NCBI GenBank assembly: GCA_050173015.1
Contig: JBFXLE010000005.1
Coordinates: 64,001-128,000 of the forward strand
Length of the DNA stretch: 64,000 nt
Direction: 5' to 3'
DNA from: Calditrichaceae bacterium
Lineage (GTDB): Bacteria > Calditrichota > Calditrichia > Calditrichales > JBFXGD01
Under the pieces are notes generated by a model. It worked only from the letters and a program-made list of their open reading frames with translations. It searched no databases and was not told the DNA's origin. Positions 20,051-30,397 of the stretch are shown here, piece by piece. Each line of letters begins with the position of its first letter. The first letter of the stretch is position 1. The position numbers and the translations under genes are program-made.

Positions 20051-20096
20051 GTCTGCAGAATTTAAATGTAAGATACATTCCTAAAAATCTGCAGAC
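20051..20096. other. Long imperfect hairpin downstream of the RRM gene
   Basis: GTCTGCAGA..TTTA.AATGTA-AGA-TACATT..TAAA..TCTGCAGAC. Confidence 0.6.
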
Positions 20097-20137
20097 CATT
20101 CTGGATCATTGATTACTTGTGATACTCAACCGTCGTT

Positions 20138-20413
20138 TTAGTAACGACGGCCTCTGCCACCGCGATCATCCCTTTTTTCCTTCGCTTCGTTTACGCGCAG
20201 GTTCCTGCCGCCAAATTCGAAGTCATTCAAAGCTTCAATTGCCTGATCGGCATCATCCTTGTCCATTTCAACAAAACCGAATCCTCTGGCTCTTCCGGTC
20301 TCCCGATCGGTGACCAGTTTCACGGAAAGAACTTTGCCATGCTGTGCGAACAAGTCTTTGATTTCCTCTTCAGATGCACTGAATGGCAGGTTGCCAACGT
20401 AAATTGTCTTCAT
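20138..20413 (-). CDS. RRM (RNP-1) RNA-binding protein, copy 1
   Basis: RNP2 IYVGNL, RNP1 RGFGFVEM, RGG-type tail. Confidence 0.95.
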   Translation of the reverse strand: MKTIYVGNLPFSASEEEIKDLFAQHGKVLSVKLVTDRETGRARGFGFVEMDKDDADQAIEALNDFEFGGRNLRVNEAKEKRDDRGGRGRRY

Positions 20414-20575
20414 AACTCTTAACTCCTGTAAAGGTAATAACTTCCCATCAGCCCGGATGTGAACGCGGCGCGGCTCAAACGAACTAATGAATCATCTAAC
20501 TTCTCCGCGGAAACAAATTCCGCGGAGCCACTCAACATGCTCTATAATTTTATTTCACAATCTTCATTTTGCCAA
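20414..20575 (-). promoter_or_regulatory. Promoter and structured ~125-nt 5' leader of RRM copy 1
   Basis: TTGGCA-N17-TAAAAT (20547-20575); perfect 10-bp hairpin CTCCGCGGAA/TTCCGCGGAG at 20503-20527. Confidence 0.55.
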
Positions 20576-20808
20576 ATCACCTGTCCGTACAGTAAATTTG
20601 AGATCACATTCCAACCTGATATGAAAACATACCAATTCTCCAAAAACTTCATCACTCGGGCACTTAGCCAATCTGAATTCAAAAATCAGAGAAGAATCAA
20701 TGAGGTATCTATCTATCAGAAGCAGTTAAGACAAGACAAATGCAAATATGATCTCCACTCCCCAAACAGAACCCGGCAATTACCGTACGTCGTCATTATT
20801 TTAGTAAC

Positions 20809-21078
20809 TTAGTATCGACGTCCCTGATTTGGCGCCTTTTTTTCTTTTGCTTCATTAACACGAATATTGCGCCCGCCCATCTCGGCGCCATCAAGAGCCT
20901 CAATCGCTGTTTCAGCTTCATTATCATCCATCTCAACAAAACCAAAACCACGCGGCCTGCCTGTTTCACGATCGGTTATTAATTTAACTGATTGAACCGT
21001 ACCATGCTGCCCAAACAGATCCCTTAGTTCATCTTCAGTTGCGCTAAAAGGCAGGTTGCCCACGTAAATCGTCTTCAT
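20809..21078 (-). CDS. RRM (RNP-1) RNA-binding protein, copy 2
   Basis: IYVGNL and RGFGFVEM; ATG 21078 after CAGGAG; 61 of the first 80 aa identical to copy 1. Confidence 0.95.
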   Translation of the reverse strand: MKTIYVGNLPFSATEDELRDLFGQHGTVQSVKLITDRETGRPRGFGFVEMDDNEAETAIEALDGAEMGGRNIRVNEAKEKKAPNQGRRY

Positions 21079-21130
21079 TTTTTTCTCCTGTAATGATTGA
21101 ACCATTTGCCATCGGTTGGCACTATAGCAA

Positions 21131-21988
21131 CTAAATATATTTTAAATGTTTTGAAATACTCATCTTGCTGGAGAATAGACCTATCATAATTCCAAATAAT
21201 ACTAATATCACATATATTTCCGGTTTGAAAACTAAATATGGATAAATAAATGATTTTATTGTAATAATGATGAGATAGATGAAAAAATTGGCAAGGAGTG
21301 CGCCTGTTAATCCCTGTATAAATCCTTCTACCAAAAACGGCCGCCTGATAAACGCGTCGGTTGCCCCAACCAGATTCATAATCTCTATAATGTCCCTTCT
21401 GGCATAAATGGTCAATCTGACCGTATTATATAACAAAACAACTGCAATAACAACTAAAAATAAACCAATTATTCCTCCTGCTAAATAAATTATTTTCAAA
21501 TAATGGTCAATTAACGCCAAAAGATCCTTCTGGTAGATCACTTCATCTACCCCGTCAATCTGACCAATTTTATCGGAAATTGACCTAACCGATCTCGCCG
21601 TTCGATATCCATCCAAGACCGTAACCGTGCATGATGCCGGTAAAGGATTAGTGTCCAGAACGTCATAAATATCGCGGCCGAATTCCTTTTTAAATCTTTG
21701 CGCGGCCTGATCTTTTGACAGATATAATACCTGATTCACACCTTCAATGCTAGCTATGGCATCTTTGATCAACCGTCCGCTTTTCTCGCTTATTCCGCTC
21801 TCAATGAAAACTTCCAGCTCCATTCTGGAACGAAACTCACTAATCCATTGATCAAGATTCAAGGAGAGAATAAGAAATACGCCGATCAAGACATGTGAAA
21901 ACGCAATCGACGTTATCGTAATGGTTGAAGACAATCTGGCTCTTTTAAAGCCTTTTAGTCCCTCTTTAATTGTAAACCAAAAATTCAT
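21131..21988 (-). CDS. ftsX: Cell division permease FtsX
   Basis: 4-TM layout, NPLP, NTVRLTIYARR.IIEIM.LVGAT..FIRRPF. Confidence 0.95.
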   Translation of the reverse strand: MNFWFTIKEGLKGFKRARLSSTITITSIAFSHVLIGVFLILSLNLDQWISEFRSRMELEVFIESGISEKSGRLIKDAIASIEGVNQVLYLSKDQAAQRFKKEFGRDIYDVLDTNPLPASCTVTVLDGYRTARSVRSISDKIGQIDGVDEVIYQKDLLALIDHYLKIIYLAGGIIGLFLVVIAVVLLYNTVRLTIYARRDIIEIMNLVGATDAFIRRPFLVEGFIQGLTGALLANFFIYLIIITIKSFIYPYLVFKPEIYVILVLFGIMIGLFSSKMSISKHLKYI

Positions 21989-22638
21989 TCCTGTCTAAGG
22001 ATTCCTTTATCAGCTTTAATTGTGCGGTTAGGAAAACGGCTCACAATATTATTATCATGTGTTGCCATCAATACTGCCGTACCCTGATGATTAATTTTTT
22101 CAAGTATCTTTACGATCTCCAGCGAAGAGTGATCATCCAGATTTCCGGTAGGTTCGTCGGCCAGAACAATTATCGGATCGTTTACTATGGCCCGGGCAAT
22201 GGCCACACGCTGTTGTTCGCCACCGGATAATTCGGCCGGATAATGGTTACGCTTATGTCCAAGATTTACTTCTGCAAGTACACGCATCACTTTTCGCTTA
22301 ATCTCCGCTCCTTTTACCCCGGTAACACGTAAAGCGAACGCGACATTATCGAATACGTTCCGGTCCTGCAGCAGTTTAAAATCCTGAAAAACTACGCCTA
22401 CCTTTCTCCGAAGATAGGGAATTTCTTTTTCCCGTATTTTTGCGGAGCTGAAATTTTCAACAACCACCATGCCCTCACTGGGAAATAAATCCATATATAT
22501 CAACCTGAGAATTGTTGATTTACCTGCTCCGCTTGCTCCAACCAGATAAACAAATTCACCTTTCAGCATGCGGAATGTTATATTTCTTAAAATAGATTTT
22601 CCGTCAATATCTACGGCGACATTATAGAATTCTATCAT
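21985..22638 (-). CDS. ftsE: Cell division ATP-binding protein FtsE
   Basis: [34 protein letters not shown]; overlaps ftsX by 4 bp. Confidence 0.95.
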   Translation of the reverse strand: MIEFYNVAVDIDGKSILRNITFRMLKGEFVYLVGASGAGKSTILRLIYMDLFPSEGMVVVENFSSAKIREKEIPYLRRKVGVVFQDFKLLQDRNVFDNVAFALRVTGVKGAEIKRKVMRVLAEVNLGHKRNHYPAELSGGEQQRVAIARAIVNDPIIVLADEPTGNLDDHSSLEIVKILEKINHQGTAVLMATHDNNIVSRFPNRTIKADKGILRQE

Positions 22639-23399
22639 TGATCTGTTTTCTTTTTACATAAAAAATGCACTCGTTCAGAACGGTCATCCGCTTCCCGATA
22701 AGTAAAATTATCATAAACAGCTATTATTTCGAATGAGCCCGGTATCAGTATTTTTTTCCATTCGGCAATTGCTCTTATTTTTTGAGCGTGTAATTCTGTG
22801 TACCTGTCGTTGCCTTCATAAATAGTGAACTCATTATATTGGATGCCGGACTTTTTTTCGTACCAGCTGTGCCGCTCATAACCCGAATTACTCCAGGAGT
22901 TCTTTTCATGGTAATCAGAAAAATTCTGGATGCAAATATCCGGCGTCACAACATCAAATATAAATAAACCCCCTCTTTTTAATATTCTAAAAACTTCCTC
23001 GAAGAGCTTTGTCAATTTTTCATCTTCAACAAAATAATTAATCGAATCATACAACATCAAAACAATATCAAATTTGTTATCTTTTATACCTGCCGCTGAA
23101 GCATCGCTGCAGAAATAGAAGAATCCGGATGTCCGGGTTTTAGATTTCGCTCTTTTAAGCATGGAGGAAGATAAATCACTTCCATAAATTTTCCAGTTTT
23201 CAGAAATTAAATTTGGAAGCAGCTTGCCGGTGCCACATGAAATATCTGCAATATATTTCACTTTCAGGTCGCTATATGAAAATAATGGCTTAAGGTAGCT
23301 TGCCCATTGTTTGTAATCGACATGATTCATTATTCTGTCATAATATCGGGCCAGGTATGAATATTGCGGAACCCGGAGGTTGTCTGTCTCATTAAACAT
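22635..23399 (-). CDS. Class I SAM-dependent methyltransferase
   Basis: YYD..M..VDY..W, DISCGTG, DLSSSML, DSINY, GGLFIFD. Confidence 0.85.
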   Translation of the reverse strand: MFNETDNLRVPQYSYLARYYDRIMNHVDYKQWASYLKPLFSYSDLKVKYIADISCGTGKLLPNLISENWKIYGSDLSSSMLKRAKSKTRTSGFFYFCSDASAAGIKDNKFDIVLMLYDSINYFVEDEKLTKLFEEVFRILKRGGLFIFDVVTPDICIQNFSDYHEKNSWSNSGYERHSWYEKKSGIQYNEFTIYEGNDRYTELHAQKIRAIAEWKKILIPGSFEIIAVYDNFTYREADDRSERVHFLCKKKTDQ

Positions 23400-23598
23400 T
23401 TGATACTCTAATAAAATTTAATATTGACAGACTATTTGAAATATACAGAAACAAGAAGGTCTGAGCATTTTTTTGGGAAATCGCTTAAAAATACTGTAAA
23501 TTGATTTAGTTTGAATATATTGAAACTTTTTATTCAAATTCAAGCCAAATCATTTTTTTTTAAATCAAAATGTTTTATGGAGCCTGCACAAGCTCAAT

Positions 23599-25644
23599 AT
23601 GATTAGTTTTTTAAACTCTATTTTATTACCGGCGCTCGCTGCGGCGGCTATTCCGCTGTTAATTCACTTTTTTAATCGGCAGAAAACAAAAAAAATCGAA
23701 TTCAGTTCTCTCCGTTTTCTTAAACTTCTGGAGAGTAAAAGAATACGCCAGGTGAAACTCTATCAAATTCTGCTGATCATATTGAGAACCCTGTTTATTT
23801 TGTTCATCGTATTGGCGTTTACCAGGCCAACGGTCACTGAGAATCTCCCGTCAATAACAACCCCGGCAAATACTACCGCAGTTATAATACTGGATGATTC
23901 TTACAGCATGCGCGGCTATGCCGGCTCAATTACGAGGTTCGAGCAAGCGATCCTTCATATGAGAGAACAGATTGGTTTGTTCAATCACGACGATCGCGTT
24001 TTTTTACTTACACCTTCAAAAATTAATTCGCCCGTTCAAATTAATACACAGGATATCTCTAATCTACCTGAGCCGACATTTTTATCTCCTGATTTCACAA
24101 ATATCTTAAGGAACGCATCCGAAATATTTGAAAAATATCCCAATTATAACAAAGAATTATATATATACAGTGATTTTCAAGTTTCGCGGATAGCAAACCC
24201 CGATTCCATCGATTCAATTTTCAAGGATGAAACCATCCGGACGTTTCTTATAGATGTTACCGGAAGCCATGCATTCGAGAATGCCGGTATTGATACCGTC
24301 ATCGTTCAAAATCAGTTGTTTGAACGTGACAAACCTGTCAATCTCACAGTCCGTGTGCGTAATTTTAGCGAAGATTCCGGAATCAGCTTACCGGTTAACC
24401 TGTATGCCGGTGATACAAGAGTCGCAATGGAACAGGTAAAACTTGAGCCTTCCGCCGTAAACAATGTGGAGATGGCTTTTGTACCCAATAAAACCGGGCA
24501 GCAACTAATGCATGTGGAACTTGAGGATGATGATTTATCTGCTGATAATTATTACTATTTTTCTATCAATGTACCTGAAAAGTTATCCGTCCTTTTTGTT
24601 GACGATCAGACTACACCATTTTTAAATCACGCGGTCGAGGTGCTTTCTCTAAATACAATCTTCAATATTGAACATCTTGGTTATTCCGCCTGGCAAGGCG
24701 CGAATTTTGACAAATTTGATCTTATTGTGCTGAATGATCCCGGATTTATACCAAATGAGACCGCCGGGCGTTTGGCTTCTTTTGTAAAGAACGGGAAAAG
24801 TATCATCCTTATCCCAGGCAGTCAAATGACAATAACAGAATTAAATTCCGTTATTAATATGTTTGGAATAAAAAATTGTTTTGTTGATTTTAAATCAACC
24901 AATGAAAATGATTCCTATTATTCATTACGCCCGGTTGATACAATTAGCCCATTGTTCAGTCTGCTTTTTTCCGGAAACGCGCCTGAATTAGACATGCCTA
25001 AAGTATATCGGTATTTTAGAATAAAGGGCGTGGGAAATACGTTATTGAGTTTTAATAACGGAGATCCATTTCTGTCGGAAATAACATTTTCGGACCCCGC
25101 GGCCGGTTCATTATTTATTTTCAGTTCCCTGTTTGAATTGTCCTGGACTGATTTTCCCGTAAAGGGTCTTTTTGTGCCGATGCTTTACCGGAGTTTTTAC
25201 TTTGCGGCGCAAAAAGATCTTCAGTCTATGGAGCAGGTGCAGACCGGTGATCTATTTTATTTATCGAGGCCCGATCTTTCTTTTCAGAATTCGTATTCGG
25301 TGCAACCGCCGGGAAAGGATAAACTCGATATCGTTCCTGAGCAATCATCATCAGGCTTGAGATTTAAATTTGAAAATATCGATCAGCCCGGCCATTATCA
25401 TTTGTATTCAGAGGATGTGCCCATACAGTCTTTTGCGGTGAATATTTCATCAAAAGAATTACGGCGTCCTTATCAGAGTTTTGATAAAATCACTTCCCGG
25501 GTTTTTAAATTTGAAGGGGGCGATCCTGTTAAGGAGCAGATACTGAATGCCAGACGCGGTTTCGAATTGTGGTATATATTTTTATTTCTTGCTTTGTGTA
25601 CATTAATAACCGAAATGATAGTAATAAAAAAAATGGAACGCTAA
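23599..25644 (+). CDS. BatA N-terminal domain / vWA domain membrane protein
   Basis: IPLLIHFF...FSSLRFL...LLIILR (BatA), DDSYSM MIDAS, D.L..DN Ig-like segment, C-terminal TM ELW...TE. Confidence 0.8.
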   Translation: MISFLNSILLPALAAAAIPLLIHFFNRQKTKKIEFSSLRFLKLLESKRIRQVKLYQILLIILRTLFILFIVLAFTRPTVTENLPSITTPANTTAVIILDDSYSMRGYAGSITRFEQAILHMREQIGLFNHDDRVFLLTPSKINSPVQINTQDISNLPEPTFLSPDFTNILRNASEIFEKYPNYNKELYIYSDFQVSRIANPDSIDSIFKDETIRTFLIDVTGSHAFENAGIDTVIVQNQLFERDKPVNLTVRVRNFSEDSGISLPVNLYAGDTRVAMEQVKLEPSAVNNVEMAFVPNKTGQQLMHVELEDDDLSADNYYYFSINVPEKLSVLFVDDQTTPFLNHAVEVLSLNTIFNIEHLGYSAWQGANFDKFDLIVLNDPGFIPNETAGRLASFVKNGKSIILIPGSQMTITELNSVINMFGIKNCFVDFKSTNENDSYYSLRPVDTISPLFSLLFSGNAPELDMPKVYRYFRIKGVGNTLLSFNNGDPFLSEITFSDPAAGSLFIFSSLFELSWTDFPVKGLFVPMLYRSFYFAAQKDLQSMEQVQTGDLFYLSRPDLSFQNSYSVQPPGKDKLDIVPEQSSSGLRFKFENIDQPGHYHLYSEDVPIQSFAVNISSKELRRPYQSFDKITSRVFKFEGGDPVKEQILNARRGFELWYIFLFLALCTLITEMIVIKKMER

Positions 25645-25681
25645 TTTTTAATTTCGACCGCATAAAATTTGTTATAGGTAA

Positions 25682-26974
25682 ATGGAGAATATGACAGACC
25701 TACAATCGAATGACATAAGCTTAAAAGTTGAACGTTGTCTGCTTGCCGGAATCGTTCAGCATCAACAATCCCGGTGGGAAGTTGAGGAACATCTCAACGA
25801 ACTTTCCGCTCTGGCAAAAACGGCAGGCGCCGAAGTTCTGGATACTGTTATCCAGGAAAAGAATTCACCGGATCCGGCATATTTTCTGGGGAAGGGGAAG
25901 GTAGAAGAAATAGCCCTGCGAGTTGAAATGGACGCGGTGAATCTCATTATTTTTGATGATGAACTCAGTCCCGCGCAAGTGAGAAATCTGGAGAAGGTAT
26001 TATCCGTCAAAGTCATCGACCGGACAGCTCTTATTCTTGATATTTTTGCGCTGCACGCCAGATCAAGCGAGGCAAGAACCCAGGTCGAACTGGCCCAGCT
26101 CAACTATTTACTGCCCAGACTTACCCGGCAGTGGCAGCATTTATCAAGGCAGGTCGGTGGTATTGGGACAAAAGGGCCTGGTGAAACCCAGCTTGAGACC
26201 GACAGAAGGCTTATTCGAACTCGCATCTCAAGACTTAAACATGATCTTAAACGAATTGAAAAACACAATATCACACAACGGGAGCAACGGGAATCTGTCT
26301 TTCGGGCTGCTTTAATAGGATATACCAATGCCGGAAAATCAACATTGATGAATGCGCTTACAGATGCTGACGTTCTCGTTGAAGATCAGTTGTTTGCCAC
26401 GCTGGATACCACTATTCGCAGACTCCAGCTGAATTCCGGAACCACTCTTCTGATCAGTGATACTGTGGGATTCATCCGAAAACTGCCGCATCAGTTAGTC
26501 GCGTCATTTAAAACGACTCTTGCCGAAACGACCAGCGCTGATTTGCTTGTTCATGTTGTGGATGTATCACATCCGCAATTCTCTGATCATATTGAAGTCG
26601 TCAATAATTTATTTACTGAATTAAAAATTTCAAACAAAGAGCGGCTTCTGATTTTTAATAAAGTTGACCAGGTTAAGCAGAACGGAATTCTGAACCAAAT
26701 TAAGGCGAGATATCCTGATGCCATTTTCGTTTCAGGAAAACGGGGGATTGGAGTACAGAATTTAAAAGACCGGCTTGGTGAAATTGTTGAATCCGGATTT
26801 GAAACAGAACAAATACGTCTGAATTTCCACTCAGGATCCGCTGAATATCTCATCCGGCCGCTGGCGCGAGTGCTTGAAAAAACCTTTGATGATGAATATA
26901 TTTATCTGACCATAAAGTATCCGCGTGAAAATAAATCCAAGATTGATGCGGTAACAAGCCAGTATAAATGTTAG
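25682..26974 (+). CDS. hflX: Ribosome-splitting GTPase HflX
   Basis: IDRT.LILDIFA, GPGETQLE.DRR, GYTNAGKST, LFATLD, DTVG, NKVD. Confidence 0.97.
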   Translation: MENMTDLQSNDISLKVERCLLAGIVQHQQSRWEVEEHLNELSALAKTAGAEVLDTVIQEKNSPDPAYFLGKGKVEEIALRVEMDAVNLIIFDDELSPAQVRNLEKVLSVKVIDRTALILDIFALHARSSEARTQVELAQLNYLLPRLTRQWQHLSRQVGGIGTKGPGETQLETDRRLIRTRISRLKHDLKRIEKHNITQREQRESVFRAALIGYTNAGKSTLMNALTDADVLVEDQLFATLDTTIRRLQLNSGTTLLISDTVGFIRKLPHQLVASFKTTLAETTSADLLVHVVDVSHPQFSDHIEVVNNLFTELKISNKERLLIFNKVDQVKQNGILNQIKARYPDAIFVSGKRGIGVQNLKDRLGEIVESGFETEQIRLNFHSGSAEYLIRPLARVLEKTFDDEYIYLTIKYPRENKSKIDAVTSQYKC

Positions 26975-26983
26975 GGTTACGCT

Positions 26984-28543
26984 TTGCTGAAGACATTGCT
27001 TTTTATTCTTTTTTTAATGATTTCATCCGTTGGCAGCCAGGTCGTTCATCAAATTTATTTTGACCGTTTTTCTCATTATGACGCTGATGATTGGATCACA
27101 TACGCTCCCGCCAACGATATTAAATCTGTCGATATTGGGGATGACTATGTTTACTTTGGGACACGACGCGGCGGAATTCTCAGATATCATCTTTATGAAA
27201 AGGTCTGGGACTATCCATTTACAACAAGCAACGGGTTGAGAAGCAATACAATACTTGCCCTGGTTTTTAATCCTGTTGACCATCAGTTGTACGCTAAAAC
27301 ACCCCTTGGTATTGATGTATATAATCGCGGCTTCGGATATTGGAGACCCGCCCCAATAAACGAAATGCCTGCCCGCAGGGAGCCGATTCAGAATAATACT
27401 GTGAACGGTCAGGCTTACAATGATTATCGTTTTCCGGCATACTCGCGCCCAGCAACATCTGCTTTGCCCAATTTTTTCACCGACATCAATTATGTATATC
27501 ATCTTAACGGAGAAATATTGGACCGTTATAACCGGACTTTCAGGCTAACGGACAGAATAGTTGATCAATGGTTCAACTTCTGGGCAGGAACCAACGGCCT
27601 TGGTGTGGCCATGGGCAAGCTGTATCAGTCAGATCTTTCTTTTTATCAGGCTTCAATAGCCAATATAAGCCCGCGGGATATTGAATTTCTTGGGAGTGAT
27701 GTATGGATTGGGGGAAAATCCGACGGTATTCCACCTTCCGGAATTTGTCTTTGGCGCACCGACAGCAATACTTGGGAGTACTTTGAAGCTCCTTTGACAA
27801 ACGGCCTGAATAAGGACGATGTAAATGTTATCAGCGCCAATCAGAATAATATATTTTTTGGACTGGATCTCGGTCTCGCCGGATACAATATCCGTGATAA
27901 CAGATGGAAAACCTATACCGTTTCAGACGGAATGGAATCTAATAAGGTTAACGATCTATATTTTCACAACGATGTTTTATATATAGCCACGGATGCCGGT
28001 TTTAACTGGATGGATCGTGGCTATGAAACGATTTCTGAATCGTCAGACCTTACCATTGATAATTTGGCCGTCCTTAAAATTACGTCTCTGGACTCGTTGA
28101 TATTATTAGCAACGCGCTTTGGTTTATACAGCTACGATCCCAAAAAGGATAAAATCCAATATTTTTCAACCAAATCCGTTGTCATGGATGTGGACATCAA
28201 TGCGATTGGCGTCAACAATGATTCACTCTGGGTCGCGACAGGGTACGGGATTGCATTGTTCGATACCAAATCTAAAAACTGGATTTCTTTTCCACAGGTA
28301 AATATCAATCTCAATACCGTTTATTATGACATCGCGTTTACTCCCGGATACATTTGGTTTGCGTCTGATTCGGGATTATTAAATTATGACATTTCCAGAG
28401 ATTACTGGTATCTCTATACCGTAGAGGATGGTATCGCCGATAATCATGTCTATCATATTGATGTTTCCGGGGATGATTTGTGGCTCAGCACCGGAAAAGG
28501 TATAACGATTTTCAGATGGAACCGTGAGGGGCGTAACGAGTAA
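26984..28543 (+). CDS. Secreted beta-propeller repeat protein
   Basis: Signal peptide; repeated T.SNGL.SN / DG..DN.V..I and W.AT..GL blades. Confidence 0.65.
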   Translation: MLKTLLFILFLMISSVGSQVVHQIYFDRFSHYDADDWITYAPANDIKSVDIGDDYVYFGTRRGGILRYHLYEKVWDYPFTTSNGLRSNTILALVFNPVDHQLYAKTPLGIDVYNRGFGYWRPAPINEMPARREPIQNNTVNGQAYNDYRFPAYSRPATSALPNFFTDINYVYHLNGEILDRYNRTFRLTDRIVDQWFNFWAGTNGLGVAMGKLYQSDLSFYQASIANISPRDIEFLGSDVWIGGKSDGIPPSGICLWRTDSNTWEYFEAPLTNGLNKDDVNVISANQNNIFFGLDLGLAGYNIRDNRWKTYTVSDGMESNKVNDLYFHNDVLYIATDAGFNWMDRGYETISESSDLTIDNLAVLKITSLDSLILLATRFGLYSYDPKKDKIQYFSTKSVVMDVDINAIGVNNDSLWVATGYGIALFDTKSKNWISFPQVNINLNTVYYDIAFTPGYIWFASDSGLLNYDISRDYWYLYTVEDGIADNHVYHIDVSGDDLWLSTGKGITIFRWNREGRNE

Positions 28544-28700
28544 TTTTGACCGCTATATTTATTTACGATTCAAATTTTTTACGGAAAATTTTTTCTTTAT
28601 TGCGGCTATTTGAAATTGTATATTATAGATTTTAATCAGGCATGATATTTACAGGTATAGCCTTTAGGAACTTAACGAATTATTCTAAATTGGAGTTTGC

Positions 28701-30302
28701 ATGAGCGAAAAAATAACAAACGATATCACGGAGAAAAAATCCTTCTCTCAAATATTACATGATTCTTTCAAAGAGCTTGTCGATACTTTTGTTGCCTTTT
28801 TTAAGGCTCCAAGGGCATTGTGGGGTATCAATATTCCGTACGTGATAGAAGGTCTGGTTTATTTCGGGATCCTTACTATCCTGGGAAAATATTCTTCCGA
28901 AAATGTCGCGTTAAGCGATATACACGCGGGATGGGTTTACGGGGGAGTCACCGGTGGTATTACATTCGCCATGTTGATTTTTGGAGGTGTGTCAGATAAA
29001 ATCGGTGTGCGAAATTCTCTCGCGCTCGCTTTTATAATGATGTTTATCGGCCGGGTCTTGATAGCTCTTTCAGGAACTGTTTCCATGGGCAGCGGCATCG
29101 GTTCACCGATGTTCATAACCATGTCCCTGGGCTTGTTGATTATGGTAATCGCCTATGGGCTTTACCAGCCGGCTGCCTATGCGGGGGTTAAGCGTTATAC
29201 AAATCCTCAAACGGCCGCCATTGGTTATGCGGTCATTTACGCATTAATGAATCTTGGCGCGTTTTTCTCCGGATTCATTTCTCCCATAACCCGTCATAAA
29301 TTTGAAACTGTTTTTCCGCCGAACGGCCTGACAGCGGTCTTCTGGGTGTATAGCGCGTTAACGTTGCTTGCGCTTGTCTCGACCTATGTGATTCTTACAA
29401 AGAAAACGGATGCAGCTGCTGTGGCAAGAATAAAAAAAGAAACAGACACGTCAAAGGAGTTGGACAAGAAGCCGGAGACTGAAGTCACTGAAAAATCCGT
29501 AAAAAAAGAAAAAATAAACAATCGCGGCTTTCTTATTTCACTGGCGTTTGTTGTTCTATCTGCCGGAATCATTCTTGTTGTTCAGCTTGGGAAATTAACA
29601 CTGCCATATTATGCCGAGTATATACTTCTGATTCTGACCGGAATTATTTCTGTCTGGCAATTCCTGAAAGTACGTCCGGATCATCCTTTCAGAGATATCC
29701 GATTTGTATTTTTTATTTTTATGCTCATCCCTGTACAAACGTTATTCGCGCATAATTGGCTCACTTTGCCGTATTATTTAGACCGCGCGTTTGCAGGCAG
29801 CATCGTGGGTGAGTATTTTGAATTTTTCTCCAACCTGAACCCGATTCTTATATTTATTTTCGCCCCGATAATAGCCGCGGTAACAGCCCGCGCAAACGTT
29901 TACAAAATGATGATACTTGGAACATTTGTGATGGCTGCCCCGACATTCCTGCTGGCATTGGGTCCCAACACAGCGTTATTGCTGACCTATATTCTGCTGA
30001 TGACCATTGGTGAAGCAATGTGGCAACCGCGTTTTCTTCAATGGATAGCCGAAATAGCACCGGAAGGCAAAACGGGATCCTATATGGGTATCGGTCAATT
30101 ACCCTGGTTTTTGACAAAAATGATAACCGCCGCATATTCAGGATATTTTGTGGCAAATTATATCCCTAAACCGGAGGATGGTCTGGAAATGAAAACCGGT
30201 GAAATGTGGCTCTTTTACGCTATTATCGCGATAACTTCACCGATCGCATTATTTCTCGCTAAAAACTGGATGGCAAAGGGCATGAGGAAAAAAGCGTCAT
30301 AA
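28701..30302 (+). CDS. MFS transporter (POT/peptide transporter-like)
   Basis: About 12-14 TM helices, GGVSDKIG.R motif A, YALMNLGAF, TIGEAMWQP. Confidence 0.8.
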   Translation: MSEKITNDITEKKSFSQILHDSFKELVDTFVAFFKAPRALWGINIPYVIEGLVYFGILTILGKYSSENVALSDIHAGWVYGGVTGGITFAMLIFGGVSDKIGVRNSLALAFIMMFIGRVLIALSGTVSMGSGIGSPMFITMSLGLLIMVIAYGLYQPAAYAGVKRYTNPQTAAIGYAVIYALMNLGAFFSGFISPITRHKFETVFPPNGLTAVFWVYSALTLLALVSTYVILTKKTDAAAVARIKKETDTSKELDKKPETEVTEKSVKKEKINNRGFLISLAFVVLSAGIILVVQLGKLTLPYYAEYILLILTGIISVWQFLKVRPDHPFRDIRFVFFIFMLIPVQTLFAHNWLTLPYYLDRAFAGSIVGEYFEFFSNLNPILIFIFAPIIAAVTARANVYKMMILGTFVMAAPTFLLALGPNTALLLTYILLMTIGEAMWQPRFLQWIAEIAPEGKTGSYMGIGQLPWFLTKMITAAYSGYFVANYIPKPEDGLEMKTGEMWLFYAIIAITSPIALFLAKNWMAKGMRKKAS

Positions 30303-30342
30303 TTTTATCATAAAGCAATCAATTAACTTAGAATAATCACAT

Positions 30343-30374
30343 AAAAAAAGGCGCCATACAGACGCCTTTTTTTT
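30343..30374. terminator. Bidirectional terminator between the MFS gene and gltA
   Basis: AAAAAAAGGCG-CCATACAGA-CGCCTTTTTTTT. Confidence 0.85.
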
Positions 30375-30397
30375 AATCCTTCCTGAATTCCGGATCC

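Noticed and set aside
20459-20812. 117-aa plus-strand ORF between the RRM genes
   Set aside because: No RBS or motif, GTG start, and antisense to the RRM promoter and leader; probably spurious though not excluded
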